A stretch of DNA of 64,000 nt, taken from positions 10,887 to 74,886 of the forward strand of contig JACKCJ010000001.1 in assembly GCA_020634075.1 (NCBI GenBank), written 5' to 3'. Positions 19,769-29,352 of this stretch are shown here, one piece after another. Each line of letters starts with the position of its first letter. Positions within the stretch are counted from its first letter, which is position 1. Origin of the DNA: Dehalococcoidia bacterium. GTDB lineage: Bacteria > Chloroflexota > Dehalococcoidia > UBA2979. Below the pieces are notes generated by a model. The model was not told the DNA's origin. It did no database searches and saw only the letters and a program-made list of their open reading frames with translations. A program made the translations under genes and the position numbers.

Positions 19769-20968
19769 ATGGAACTCGACCTGATCCGACGACTCTCACA
19801 GCCGGCCGACACGAAGGTCGTCCTGTGCGTCCTCGACGGCCTCGGAGGCATCCAGGGCCCGCGAGGTCGGACGGAGCTCGAGGAAGCGAACCTCGTGAAC
19901 CTGGACCGGCTCGCGGAGGCTGGGTGCCTCGGTCGCACGCTGCCGGTCGGATACGGCGTCACGCCGGGATCTGGCCCGGGCCACATCGCGCTCTTCGGCT
20001 ATGACCCGCTGACCTACGAGATCGGTCGCGGCGCCCTCGAGGCGACCGGGATCGGGTTCGACCTCGGGCCGAACGACGTCGCCGCGCGCGGCAACCTCTG
20101 CGACATCGACGCCGAGGGCCGCGTCACCGACCGTCGGGCCGGCCGCCTGCCCACCGAGGAGACCACGAAGCTCTGCGAGCAGCTCCGCGCAATCCAGTTC
20201 CCCGGCGTTGAGGTCTTCGTCGAGCCGGTGCAGGACCAGCGCTTCGTCCTCGTCCTCCGCGGCGAGGGGTTGAGCGAGGCAATCGCCGAGACCGACCCCC
20301 AGCGCGAGGGCGTCCCGCCGATCGAGGCGACGCACACGTCGCCCGAGGGCGAGCGCACCGCAGGACTCGTCCGCGAGTGGATTTCGAAGGCGCGCGAGAT
20401 CCTCGGCGGCCGCGAGCGCGGCAACGGCGTGCTGCTGCGCGGCTGGTCGAAGCGGCCCGAGATGCCGCCATTCCCGGAGCTCTGGAAGCTGCGCGCGGCG
20501 GCCGTGACCGTCTACCCGATGTACCGGGGCGTCGCGAAGCTCTGCGGCATGACCTCGATCGAGGGCGCCCACTCCTTCGACGAACAGCTCGACCTGGTGA
20601 AGCAGCACTGGGACGAGTTCGACTTCTTCTTCGTCCACTTCAAGTACACGGACAGCGCCGGCGAGGACGGCGACTTCCGCCGCAAGGTGGAAGCGATCAA
20701 CCAGTTCGACGCCGCCCTGCCGAAGCTGCTGAACCTCGAGCCGAACGTGCTCGTCGTGACCGGGGACCACTCGACGCCGGCGGTCATGGCCGCGCACTCG
20801 TTCCACCCGGTCCCGCTGCTGCTCTGGGGCGACCTCGTGCGGTCCGACAACTCGCACCAGTTCTCCGAGCCCTCCTGCGTGATCGGCGAGCTGGGGACGT
20901 TCCCGGCCAAGGAGACGCTGCCCATCGCCTTTGCCCACGCCGGGCGCCTCGCGAAGTACGGGGCGTAG
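19769..20968 (+). CDS. apgM: 2,3-bisphosphoglycerate-independent phosphoglycerate mutase, archaeal-type (ApgM family)
   Basis: 399 aa with VLCVLDGLGG, GSGPGHIALFGYDP and VTGDHSTP motifs. Confidence 0.88.
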   Translation: MELDLIRRLSQPADTKVVLCVLDGLGGIQGPRGRTELEEANLVNLDRLAEAGCLGRTLPVGYGVTPGSGPGHIALFGYDPLTYEIGRGALEATGIGFDLGPNDVAARGNLCDIDAEGRVTDRRAGRLPTEETTKLCEQLRAIQFPGVEVFVEPVQDQRFVLVLRGEGLSEAIAETDPQREGVPPIEATHTSPEGERTAGLVREWISKAREILGGRERGNGVLLRGWSKRPEMPPFPELWKLRAAAVTVYPMYRGVAKLCGMTSIEGAHSFDEQLDLVKQHWDEFDFFFVHFKYTDSAGEDGDFRRKVEAINQFDAALPKLLNLEPNVLVVTGDHSTPAVMAAHSFHPVPLLLWGDLVRSDNSHQFSEPSCVIGELGTFPAKETLPIAFAHAGRLAKYGA

Positions 20969-20971
20969 AGC

Positions 20972-21730
20972 ATGGCCCGCGTCCCCGTCGTCGGGGGGAA
21001 CTGGAAGATGAACCTCGCGAGGCCTGCGGCCCGCGAGCTCCTGTCCGGCCTCCGCGAGCGCCTCGGTGACGTCGACGGCGTCGAAGTGCTGGTCTTCCCG
21101 CCGGCGCCGTGGCTCGGTGACGCTCACGACGTCCTCGACGGCTCACGCCTCCGCGTGGGCGCGCAGAACGCCTACTGGGAGCAGAAGGGCGCGTACACGG
21201 GTGAGATCGGACCGGCCATGCTGCAGGGCACGGCCTCACACGTCCTCGTCGGCCACTCCGAGCGACGCATCCAGTTCGGTGAGACCGTCTGGGAGACCGG
21301 CCGGAAGATGGGCGCCGTCTGCGCTGCCGGCCTCACGCCGGTCCTCGCCGTGGGCGAACCCTTCTCCGACCGCCGCGCCGGGCGCACCGAGGACGGCCTG
21401 CGTCGACAGCTCATCGAGGCGCTCCGCACCGTCGAGGCAATGCCGGACGGCTTCGTCGTCGCGTACGAGCCCGTCTGGGCGATCGGCACCGGCGAGGCCG
21501 CGACGCCCGAGGACGCGCAGGCCCGCTGCGCCTTCCTCCGGACGCTGGTGGCTGAGCGGTTCGATGCTGCCGCCGGTGACGCCGTCCGCATCCAGTACGG
21601 CGGCTCCGTGAACGCCGACAACGCCGCCTCCTTCTTTGCCCAGCCCGACATCGACGGCGCCCTCGTGGGCGGCGCATCGCTGGACGCGGACGCGTTCACC
21701 GCGATCTGCCGGGCGGCTGCCGCCTCCTGA
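20972..21730 (+). CDS. tpiA: triosephosphate isomerase
   Basis: VVGGNWKMN, VGHSERR and AYEPVWAIGTG. Confidence 0.95.
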   Translation: MARVPVVGGNWKMNLARPAARELLSGLRERLGDVDGVEVLVFPPAPWLGDAHDVLDGSRLRVGAQNAYWEQKGAYTGEIGPAMLQGTASHVLVGHSERRIQFGETVWETGRKMGAVCAAGLTPVLAVGEPFSDRRAGRTEDGLRRQLIEALRTVEAMPDGFVVAYEPVWAIGTGEAATPEDAQARCAFLRTLVAERFDAAAGDAVRIQYGGSVNADNAASFFAQPDIDGALVGGASLDADAFTAICRAAAAS

Positions 21731-21740
21731 GCGTGTCCTC

Positions 21741-22682
21741 GTGAGCCCGGCTCGACCCCGCGTCGTGGCCGTCGTCGGACCGACGGCCTCCGGCAAGACC
21801 GGGATAGCCGTCGAGGTCGCACGCCGCGTCCGGGCCGAGGTGATCTCCGCCGACTCCCGGCAGGTGCGTCGCGAGATGGTGATCGGCACCGCCGCACCCA
21901 CCGCGGAGGAGCAAGCCGCCGTCCCGCACCACCTCGTGGGCGTGGTCGCCCCGGACGCCACCTGGAACCTGACCGCATGGCTCGACCGCGCCCGGCCGCT
22001 GATCTCGGAGATCTCGGAGCGCGGGGCCCTGCCGCTCATCGTTGGTGGCACGGGCCAGTACGCCTGGGCGCTCCTTGAAGGCTGGGATGTGCCCGCGGTG
22101 CCCCCACAGCCTGAGTTTCGTGGGCGCCTGGAGGCCCGAGCGGCGGCCGGCGAGGGCCCCGCGTTGTACGAGGAACTCCGCGAGGTCGACCCTGCCTCGG
22201 CGGAACGGATCGATCCTCGGAATTCCCGCCGCGTGATCCGAGCGCTCGAGATTGTGCACGCGACGGGGAAGCCGGTGCCGCCCCTCACACCCCGTGACCC
22301 CGGGTTCGACTGGCACGTCGTAGGCGTCCGCTGGTCGCGCGAGGCGATCCATGAACGGGCGGATCGCCGCGTCGTCGCGATGTTCGAGGCGGGACTCGTC
22401 GACGAAGTGCGGTCGCTCGTCGAGCGCCACGGGCGCGCCTTCGATGCGCTGCGCAGCATCGGCTACCGCGAGGCGCTCGCCGTCCTCGACGGCTCGATGT
22501 CGGTCGAGGACGCGATCCGGCAGACGCAGATCGAGACCCATCGCCTGATCCGCATGCAGGCGAACTGGTTCCGCGAGGACGATCCGCGCATCGAGTGGGT
22601 GGACGGCGCTGACCTCGAGGGCGCCGTCGAGGCGGTCGTCCGCGCGGCGGGTGCGGTTGTGGGCGGTGATGCGGCCCCGTAG
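21741..22682 (+). CDS. miaA: tRNA dimethylallyltransferase
   Basis: The GTG start gives VSPARPRVVAVVGPTASGKT (P-loop). Also SADSRQV and GGTGQY motifs. Confidence 0.9.
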   Translation: MSPARPRVVAVVGPTASGKTGIAVEVARRVRAEVISADSRQVRREMVIGTAAPTAEEQAAVPHHLVGVVAPDATWNLTAWLDRARPLISEISERGALPLIVGGTGQYAWALLEGWDVPAVPPQPEFRGRLEARAAAGEGPALYEELREVDPASAERIDPRNSRRVIRALEIVHATGKPVPPLTPRDPGFDWHVVGVRWSREAIHERADRRVVAMFEAGLVDEVRSLVERHGRAFDALRSIGYREALAVLDGSMSVEDAIRQTQIETHRLIRMQANWFREDDPRIEWVDGADLEGAVEAVVRAAGAVVGGDAAP

Positions 22683-22694
22683 GATCGTTAGCCC

Positions 22695-23579
22695 ATGAGC
22701 AACATCCCGTCACCGCTCCCGTTCTGGAAGATGCACGGCGCCGGCAACGACTTCGTCGTCGCCGAGACGCCGCAACTTGACGTAACTGACGAGGAGTGGG
22801 GCCAGCTGGCCATCGAGGTCTGCGACCGCCACTTCGGCGTCGGGGCGGACGGGCTCATCCTCGTGCAGCCATCGACGACGGCCGACCGGAAGATGCGCAT
22901 CTTCAACGCGGACGGCTCCGACGGCGAGATGTGCGTGAACGGCATCCGCTGCTTCGTGAAGTACTGCTTCGACCGCCGCCTCGTGACGAACGCGGACGGG
23001 GCGATGGTCGTCGAGACCGGCCCGGGGCCGATGCACTGCATCGCGACGTTCGGAGCGGACGGGAAGGTCGAGCGCGTCCAGGTGACCGCCGCCGTCCCGA
23101 ACCTCGATCCCGCCGCCTCCGGCGTTGCCATCGAGCAGCCGGCGCCCGTGCTCGAGCTGCCGGTAACGACCTCGGACGCCCGGGGCGACTCGGAACAGCG
23201 CGTCGCGCTCGTCTCGATGGGGAATCCCCACGCGATCCAGTTCATCGACGAGGCTCCGGAGGAGTACGACCTCCACCGCATCGGCCCGCTGATGGAGCAC
23301 CACCCGCTCTTCCAGCACCGCACGAACTACGAGGTCACGCGCGTCCTCGACCGCACCCACATGGAGATGCGCGTCTGGGAGCGTGGCGTCGGCGAGACGA
23401 TGGCCTGCGGGTCAGGCGCCTGCGCCGTGATGGTCGCCGCGCACGTCCAGGGCCTCGTCGACGATGCCGTCGACGTCCGCCTGCCCGGTGGGACGCTGCG
23501 CATCGAGTGGCCGGGGCAGGGTGCTGTTACGCTGACCGGCCCCGCGCAGAAGGTGTTCGAATCGGAGTGGACGCGATGA
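22695..23579 (+). CDS. dapF: diaminopimelate epimerase
   Basis: FWKMHGAGNDFVV, with catalytic Cys motifs GEMCVNGIRCF and ETMACGSGACA. Confidence 0.95.
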   Translation: MSNIPSPLPFWKMHGAGNDFVVAETPQLDVTDEEWGQLAIEVCDRHFGVGADGLILVQPSTTADRKMRIFNADGSDGEMCVNGIRCFVKYCFDRRLVTNADGAMVVETGPGPMHCIATFGADGKVERVQVTAAVPNLDPAASGVAIEQPAPVLELPVTTSDARGDSEQRVALVSMGNPHAIQFIDEAPEEYDLHRIGPLMEHHPLFQHRTNYEVTRVLDRTHMEMRVWERGVGETMACGSGACAVMVAAHVQGLVDDAVDVRLPGGTLRIEWPGQGAVTLTGPAQKVFESEWTR

Positions 23580-24463
23580 ACTCACGCCCGGCCCTTGAGA
23601 CCGATCAGCCGTACGAGCTGAAGAACGCTCCGCTGCGCCCTCGACAGCGTCGCGATCTCCTCGAGCGCGACACCACGTATTCGATCGAGAGCGAGAACGG
23701 CGAGGTGATCCTCGCCTATGAGCGCGGCCAGCAGCAGGTCTGGTGGGGCTTCCGCTCCGTCGAGGACATGCGCACCGACTTCCCCCAGATGTGGCCCGAG
23801 GTGCTGAAGCAGGTCGACCGAGACCACGTCGACTACATCACGATGGACATCGCCGGCCTGCCGACGCGCACCTGGCTCGACCCGCTCCTCCAGGACGCGG
23901 ACTTCGCGTTCTTCGCGGAGTGGATGGACATGGCCAACCCGGACATCGCCAGCGCCGAGGTGCCTGAGTTCCCCGAGGGCGTCCGGATGCGCAAGGCGGA
24001 CGAGGACGACCTCCAGCGCTTCTACGCGATCTGGACCGAGGCGTACGGCGAGTACGGTGACGGTCCGGCGACCTTCGACTGGCTGACCGACGAGGCCGAA
24101 TGGGCCGGTTGCCTCGAGGACGAGGATGGCGAGATCGTCGCGTTCGCGATGACCAGCGAGGTCGAGCGTGGCGAGGGACGCATCCTCGCGGCTGCCGTCG
24201 CGCCGGAGGCGTGGGGGAACGGCTACGGCAGGCTCGTGCTTGGCGCCGCCACCTACCAGCTCTCAGCCGCCGGTGCGGTGAAGGCCACGATCCGCGTCCG
24301 ACCGGACATCAAGCAGGCGCTGCGCACCTGTGCCGACCTTGGCTACCGCCACCAGGCGGCCGGCCTCGAGTTCCGCCGCGACGTGGACGAGGACGCCATC
24401 CGCGAACGTCGCGAGGAGCGCCGCAAGGCCGGCGTGAAGGCTCGCTTCGGCGGCTGGCGCTAG
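23576..24463 (+). CDS. GNAT family N-acetyltransferase with N-terminal extra domain
   Basis: The ATG overlaps the dapF stop (ATGA). The C-terminal half (..RILAAAVAPEAWGNGYGRLVLG..) has the acetyl-CoA-binding motif pattern. Confidence 0.7.
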   Translation: MNSRPALETDQPYELKNAPLRPRQRRDLLERDTTYSIESENGEVILAYERGQQQVWWGFRSVEDMRTDFPQMWPEVLKQVDRDHVDYITMDIAGLPTRTWLDPLLQDADFAFFAEWMDMANPDIASAEVPEFPEGVRMRKADEDDLQRFYAIWTEAYGEYGDGPATFDWLTDEAEWAGCLEDEDGEIVAFAMTSEVERGEGRILAAAVAPEAWGNGYGRLVLGAATYQLSAAGAVKATIRVRPDIKQALRTCADLGYRHQAAGLEFRRDVDEDAIRERREERRKAGVKARFGGWR

Positions 24464-24507
24464 CCCTCACCAGTCACCAGCAACACCCCTCACGGGAAGG
24501 ACCGATC

Positions 24508-25686
24508 GTGGAGCTCGCCCAGCGCGTGCAGCAGTTGCCGCCGTACCTCTTCGCCCGCATCTCGCAACTCATCGCCGAAAAGCGGGCGGCCGGCGTCGAC
24601 GTGATCTCGCTGGGCATCGGCGACCCCGATCTCCCCACGCCCCCGCACATCCTCGACGCGCTCAAGGCGGCCACGGACGTGCCGGCGAACCACCGCTACC
24701 CGGAGTCGGACGGCCTCCCGGAGTTCCGGCGCTCGATCGCGAACTGGTACCAGAAGCGCCACGGCGTCACCCTCGACCCTGACCGCGAGGTGGTCCCGCT
24801 CATCGGCTCGAAGGAGGGCATCGCCCACTTCCCGCTGTGCCTGATCAACCCCGGCGACGTGTCCCTGATCACGGACCCCGGCTACCCCGTGTACGAGGTG
24901 GCCACGATGTTCGCGGGCGGCGAGACCGTGAAGCTCCCGTTGTCCGAGGAGGACGGCTGGCTCCCCCGCCTCGACGAGATCCCCGCAGACGTCGCGGCGC
25001 GCGCGAAGATCCTCTGGCTGAACTACCCGAATAACCCGACCGGCGCGATCGCCGACCTCGCGTTCTTCGAGAAGGCGGTCGCGTGGGCGAAGGCCCACGA
25101 CGTCGCCATCGCCCACGACCTCGCCTACGCGGACGTCTCGTACGACGGCTACCGGCCCCAGAGCATCCTCGAGGTGGACGGCGCCCGCGACGTCGCCATC
25201 GAGTTCAACTCGCTCTCCAAGGCGTTCAACATGACGGGATGGCGCGTCGGCATGGCCGTCGGCAACGCCGAGCTGATCAACGCCCTCACCCGTGTGAAGA
25301 CGAACATGGACTCCGGCATTCCGCAGGCGATCCAGGCCATGGCGATGGCCGCGCTCGATGGACCGCTCGACTCCGTCGAGGAGCACAACGCGATCTACAC
25401 GCGTCGTCGCGACCGCGCGATCGAGGTGCTGCGTGAGCTGGGGCTGCGTGTCGAGCCGCCGAAGGCGTCGCTCTACATCTGGGCGCGCCTGCCCGAGGGC
25501 GAGCGCTCCTCGGCGGACTTCGCGGGACGCCTCATCGACCAGACCGGCGTCGTCGTGACCCCCGGCATGTCGTACGGCGAGGCGGGCGAGGGCTACATCC
25601 GCATCTCGCTCACCACCCCGGACGACCGGCTGAACGAGGCGCTGGACCGGCTGGCGAAGTTCGCGCGCGGCGAGCAGGTCCTCTGA
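24508..25686 (+). CDS. dapL: LL-diaminopimelate aminotransferase-like class I aminotransferase
   Basis: The GTG start follows GGAAGGA. Motifs LPPYLFARI, NYPNNPTG and SLSKAFNMTGWRVG (PLP Lys). Adjacent to dapF. Confidence 0.8.
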   Translation: MELAQRVQQLPPYLFARISQLIAEKRAAGVDVISLGIGDPDLPTPPHILDALKAATDVPANHRYPESDGLPEFRRSIANWYQKRHGVTLDPDREVVPLIGSKEGIAHFPLCLINPGDVSLITDPGYPVYEVATMFAGGETVKLPLSEEDGWLPRLDEIPADVAARAKILWLNYPNNPTGAIADLAFFEKAVAWAKAHDVAIAHDLAYADVSYDGYRPQSILEVDGARDVAIEFNSLSKAFNMTGWRVGMAVGNAELINALTRVKTNMDSGIPQAIQAMAMAALDGPLDSVEEHNAIYTRRRDRAIEVLRELGLRVEPPKASLYIWARLPEGERSSADFAGRLIDQTGVVVTPGMSYGEAGEGYIRISLTTPDDRLNEALDRLAKFARGEQVL

Positions 25687-25777
25687 GGCCGCACGTCGGG
25701 CGCGTTCGTCACCGGGCCTTGCTCGCAGCGGGCAGCGTTGCCTCTACACTGAATGTGATGACATTCAGAGGAGAACG

Positions 25778-27103
25778 CTGACTATTCCCCGCAAGCGACC
25801 ACACCCCGCGACCACTCCGCGTCCCAACGGGCCGCGTCAGAGCAGCGCGAAACACACCACCAAGCCAAAGCAGGAACGCGCGTTCCTCGTCGCCGTCGAC
25901 TCCGGGCACGAGCCCGGACAGATGTCGACCGAGGAGTCCATGCGCGAGCTCGGGCGTCTCGTCCGCACCGCCGGCGGCTGGGTCGTCGGTAGCGCCACGC
26001 AGCGCCGCCCCCACCCGGACCCCGCGCATTACATCGGCAGCGGCAAGCTCGAGGAGATCACCGAGCGCCGCGAGGAGCTCGACTACAGCATGGTCGTCTT
26101 CGACGACCAGCTGTCGCCGTCGCAGCAGTTCAACCTCGAGCGGATGCTCGGCGTGAAGGTGCTGGACCGCTCCGCGCTGATCCTGGACATCTTCGCCAGC
26201 CGCGCCCGCACCCGGGAAGCGCGCCTCCAGGTGGAGCTGGCGCAGCACGAGTACCTGCTCCCACGCCTGCGCGGGCAGTGGCAGCACCTCGAGCGCACCG
26301 AGGGCGCCATCGGTACCCGCGGCCCGGGTGAGACCCAGCTCGAGACCGACCGCCGCCTGATCGGCACACGCATCGCGCGGCTGAAGAAGCAGATCGAGCA
26401 GGTGAAGCGCCAGCGCGACCTCCAGCGCTCCCGCCGGCAGCGGCAGGGGCTGCCGACGGTCGCCCTCGTCGGCTACACGAACGCCGGCAAGTCGTCGCTG
26501 ATGCGGGCGCTCGCGGGGGCGAAGGTGCTCGTCGCCGACGCTGTCTTCGCGACCCTCGACCCCGTCACGCGTCGGATCGGCGCCGGCACGGGCGAGGCGT
26601 TCCTCCTGACCGACACCGTGGGCTTCATGCAAAAGCTCCCGACGCAGCTCGTGTCCGCGTTCCGAGCGACGCTCGAGGAGCTCGGCGAAGCCGACCTCCT
26701 GCTGCACGTCGTCGACGCCACGGCTTCGACGCGGGACGCCCAGATCCGCACCGTGCTGGAGACGCTGCACGACCTCGGCCTGGACGACATGCCGGTGCTC
26801 ACGGTGTTCAACAAGGCAGACGGACTCACCCTGGAGGACGGCTCGCCGGTCGAGACCGAGGAGGACCTCGCGATCCTCGCGACGGAGTACGACCCCGGCG
26901 TGTCCGGCGAGGTGGCGTTCACCTCCGCCGTATCGGGCCTCGGCATCGACGCGCTCCGCGAGCGGCTCCTGTACGAGTTCTTCGGCACGCTCGGCGACGA
27001 CCTGGTGTTCGAGTTCGACGAAGACGCGAGCGACGAGCCGACTCCGGCGGCGCTCGGAATCGTCGAGGGCGATCCGGAGCCCGCGGAGCCCCTCGCCGGC
27101 TAG
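25778..27103 (+). CDS. hflX: GTPase HflX
   Basis: G1 GYTNAGKSSL, G3 DTVGF and G4 NKAD. The conserved N-domain element ERAFLVAVD lies upstream of the first ATG (25922). The frame is open from 25634 with no ATG/GTG/TTG. CTG at 25778 follows GAGGAGA (25768-25774). Confidence 0.8.
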   Translation: MTIPRKRPHPATTPRPNGPRQSSAKHTTKPKQERAFLVAVDSGHEPGQMSTEESMRELGRLVRTAGGWVVGSATQRRPHPDPAHYIGSGKLEEITERREELDYSMVVFDDQLSPSQQFNLERMLGVKVLDRSALILDIFASRARTREARLQVELAQHEYLLPRLRGQWQHLERTEGAIGTRGPGETQLETDRRLIGTRIARLKKQIEQVKRQRDLQRSRRQRQGLPTVALVGYTNAGKSSLMRALAGAKVLVADAVFATLDPVTRRIGAGTGEAFLLTDTVGFMQKLPTQLVSAFRATLEELGEADLLLHVVDATASTRDAQIRTVLETLHDLGLDDMPVLTVFNKADGLTLEDGSPVETEEDLAILATEYDPGVSGEVAFTSAVSGLGIDALRERLLYEFFGTLGDDLVFEFDEDASDEPTPAALGIVEGDPEPAEPLAG

Positions 27104-27196
27104 CCGGAGCAGGGCTCCCGACTCGCATCGGTCGGCGCCGTCGGTGCGATGCGGATGCAACCTCGCCCCCCGTAGGGTGGGGTGCAGGAGGCCCGC

Positions 27197-28156
27197 ATGG
27201 AGACCGCCAAAGACTGGGGCATCGCGTTCTACCGGAAGTTCAGCCGGGACGACGCCATGGGATCGGCCGCCGAGATGGCGTTCCGGTTCATGTTCGCGTT
27301 GTTCCCGCTGCTCGTGTTCCTCGCTGCCCTGAGCGCGTACATCGCGCGCTGGCTGGGGATCGACAACCCCACCGAGGAGATCCTCACGCAGGCGGGTGAC
27401 CGTCTGCCCTCGGACGTCCAGGGCGTCCTCGAGCCACAGCTCCGGGAGATCTTCGGGAACCGCAATCCCGGACTGATCACCGTCACCGCCGTCACCGCGA
27501 TCTGGGCCGCTTCGACCGGCACCAAGACCGTCATGAAGACGCTGAACCAGGTCTACGAGGTGGACGAGACCCGCCCGTTCCTGAAGAAGCAGGTGGTCGG
27601 CGTTGGCCTCACGATCATCGGTGGCCTGGTCTTCCTCGCCGGCGCGATCATCCTTGTCGTGGGACAGGCGCTCGGGCAGCAGATCGCGGAAGCGATCGGC
27701 CTCGGAAACGCGTGGGCAGTCGCCGTCACGTACGGGCGGATCCCCGTGGTCCTCGTCCTGATCGCGATCGCCGTCGGCCTCGTCTACTGGTCCGCACCCA
27801 ACGCGGGACTCCCCTTCAAATGGACCAGCTGGGGCGCCGCGCTCTTCGTGGTCGCCTGGGTAGTCGCGACGATCGCCTTCGGCTTCTACGTGGCGAACTT
27901 CGCGTCATACAACGCGACCTACGGCAGCCTCGGCGCCGTGATCATCCTCATGACGTGGCTGTACCTCTCGTCGCTCCTCCTCATCGTGGGCGCCGAGGTC
28001 AACTATCTCGTGGACGCGCGCACATCCGAGGCGCGGTCCGAGGAGCGGCAACGAGGCGACGAGCCGACCAACGCGGACGCTCGCAGCAGCCGCGCCGAGC
28101 GGCAGGACCGGGCACTGGAGTCGCTCGTGCGCCCTCGCGGCGCGGACGGCGACTAG
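27197..28156 (+). CDS. YihY/BrkB family membrane protein
   Basis: Motifs AAEMAFRFMFALFPLL, YGSLGAVIILMTWLYLSSLLLIVGAEVN. ATG at 27197 follows AGGAGG (27186-27191). Confidence 0.85.
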   Translation: METAKDWGIAFYRKFSRDDAMGSAAEMAFRFMFALFPLLVFLAALSAYIARWLGIDNPTEEILTQAGDRLPSDVQGVLEPQLREIFGNRNPGLITVTAVTAIWAASTGTKTVMKTLNQVYEVDETRPFLKKQVVGVGLTIIGGLVFLAGAIILVVGQALGQQIAEAIGLGNAWAVAVTYGRIPVVLVLIAIAVGLVYWSAPNAGLPFKWTSWGAALFVVAWVVATIAFGFYVANFASYNATYGSLGAVIILMTWLYLSSLLLIVGAEVNYLVDARTSEARSEERQRGDEPTNADARSSRAERQDRALESLVRPRGADGD

Positions 28157-29331
28157 CGCTCGCGCTCGCAGACGATCGCCACGTGCTCCTCGACGAGCCG
28201 CGTGAGCACGACCGTCAGGACGAGCCCGGCGCCGCCGGGGAGGTCGCGGTTCAGCCGCGTCTCGAGTTCGTTCGTCTCGACCGGCGAGGCTCGCCGCATC
28301 ACCTCGACGCGGCTCGCGCCGGCAGCCTGACACGCCTCGAGGATGCGCCGCTCCGAGAACGCGAACCATTGCCGAACGCGGAACCGGCGCGCGAAGGGCG
28401 TCTCTCGGGGCTCGTCCGAGCTGAGGTAGGCAACGCCCTCGCTGAGGTGCCACGCGCCGAGGCGCTCCGCCAGCGCTACCACGAGGCCCGCACGGCCCAC
28501 GCCCGGGTCGAGGTCATAGAGGTAGGTCCCCGGCTCGCCCAGCGTCGGAGCGGCCTCCTCGGGCGCACCGTGAAGGCTCTCGCCGCTCGGAAGCACCGAG
28601 GCACGGCGCGGGGCGGTGACGGCGTCTCCGAGCCAGATGACGGCCTCCACGAGGCGGCCGTCGAGTGAGATGAACTCGATCTCCGCGTCTCCGGGCACGG
28701 CTGCGAGCTCAATCCCCGGCGCAACCTTGATCCCGGCGCTCCGAACGCGCCGCGCGACTCGGATCGCGGCGGAGAGCGGTGGACTCCATCGCTCCGGGTC
28801 GAGGACGCGGCCGGAGCCGTCGCGTCGCGCCGGATCGAGCCAGGCGGCATCGAACCCATCGAGGTCGGCCTCCAGGGCGTCGCCAACCCGCGCCTCGATG
28901 TCGGCTCCGCGGACGTGGGCGTTCGCCTCCGTCATCGCGACACGGCCCTCGTCGAGGTCGATGGCCACGACCGGCGCATGCCCGGACAGCGCGAGCGCGT
29001 CCGCTCCGGCGCCGCAACCGAGGTCGACGATGCGACTCGCTCCCGCGAAGCGCCGGGCCGTGTAGCGGGACACCACATCGCTGGTGGCCTGCTCGGCGGC
29101 CTCACGGTCGAAGAACAGCTCCGAGGCATCCGTGAACTTCGCAGCGGCCGTCGTGCGGCCCTCGGCGAGGGTGACTGCCCAGCGGGCCTCCTCGGCGGTG
29201 TGGGTGCGGCGCAGCGTGTCGATCAGCTTCAGCAGCGGGGTGCCGGCGGCGAGCGCCGCGACGGCGTCTCGCGCGGCCGCAGCTCCCTCCGGAGTGCGGA
29301 GCCAGCGGACGGCGTCGGCATCGAGGGCCAT
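28153..29331 (-). CDS. class I SAM-dependent methyltransferase with C-terminal THUMP-like region
   Basis: SAM motif I IVDLGCGAGADAL and motif WLDPARR. 392 aa. Confidence 0.8.
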   Translation of the reverse strand: MALDADAVRWLRTPEGAAAARDAVAALAAGTPLLKLIDTLRRTHTAEEARWAVTLAEGRTTAAAKFTDASELFFDREAAEQATSDVVSRYTARRFAGASRIVDLGCGAGADALALSGHAPVVAIDLDEGRVAMTEANAHVRGADIEARVGDALEADLDGFDAAWLDPARRDGSGRVLDPERWSPPLSAAIRVARRVRSAGIKVAPGIELAAVPGDAEIEFISLDGRLVEAVIWLGDAVTAPRRASVLPSGESLHGAPEEAAPTLGEPGTYLYDLDPGVGRAGLVVALAERLGAWHLSEGVAYLSSDEPRETPFARRFRVRQWFAFSERRILEACQAAGASRVEVMRRASPVETNELETRLNRDLPGGAGLVLTVVLTRLVEEHVAIVCERER

Positions 29332-29352
29332 CTATCGAGGGGGGAACCGCGC

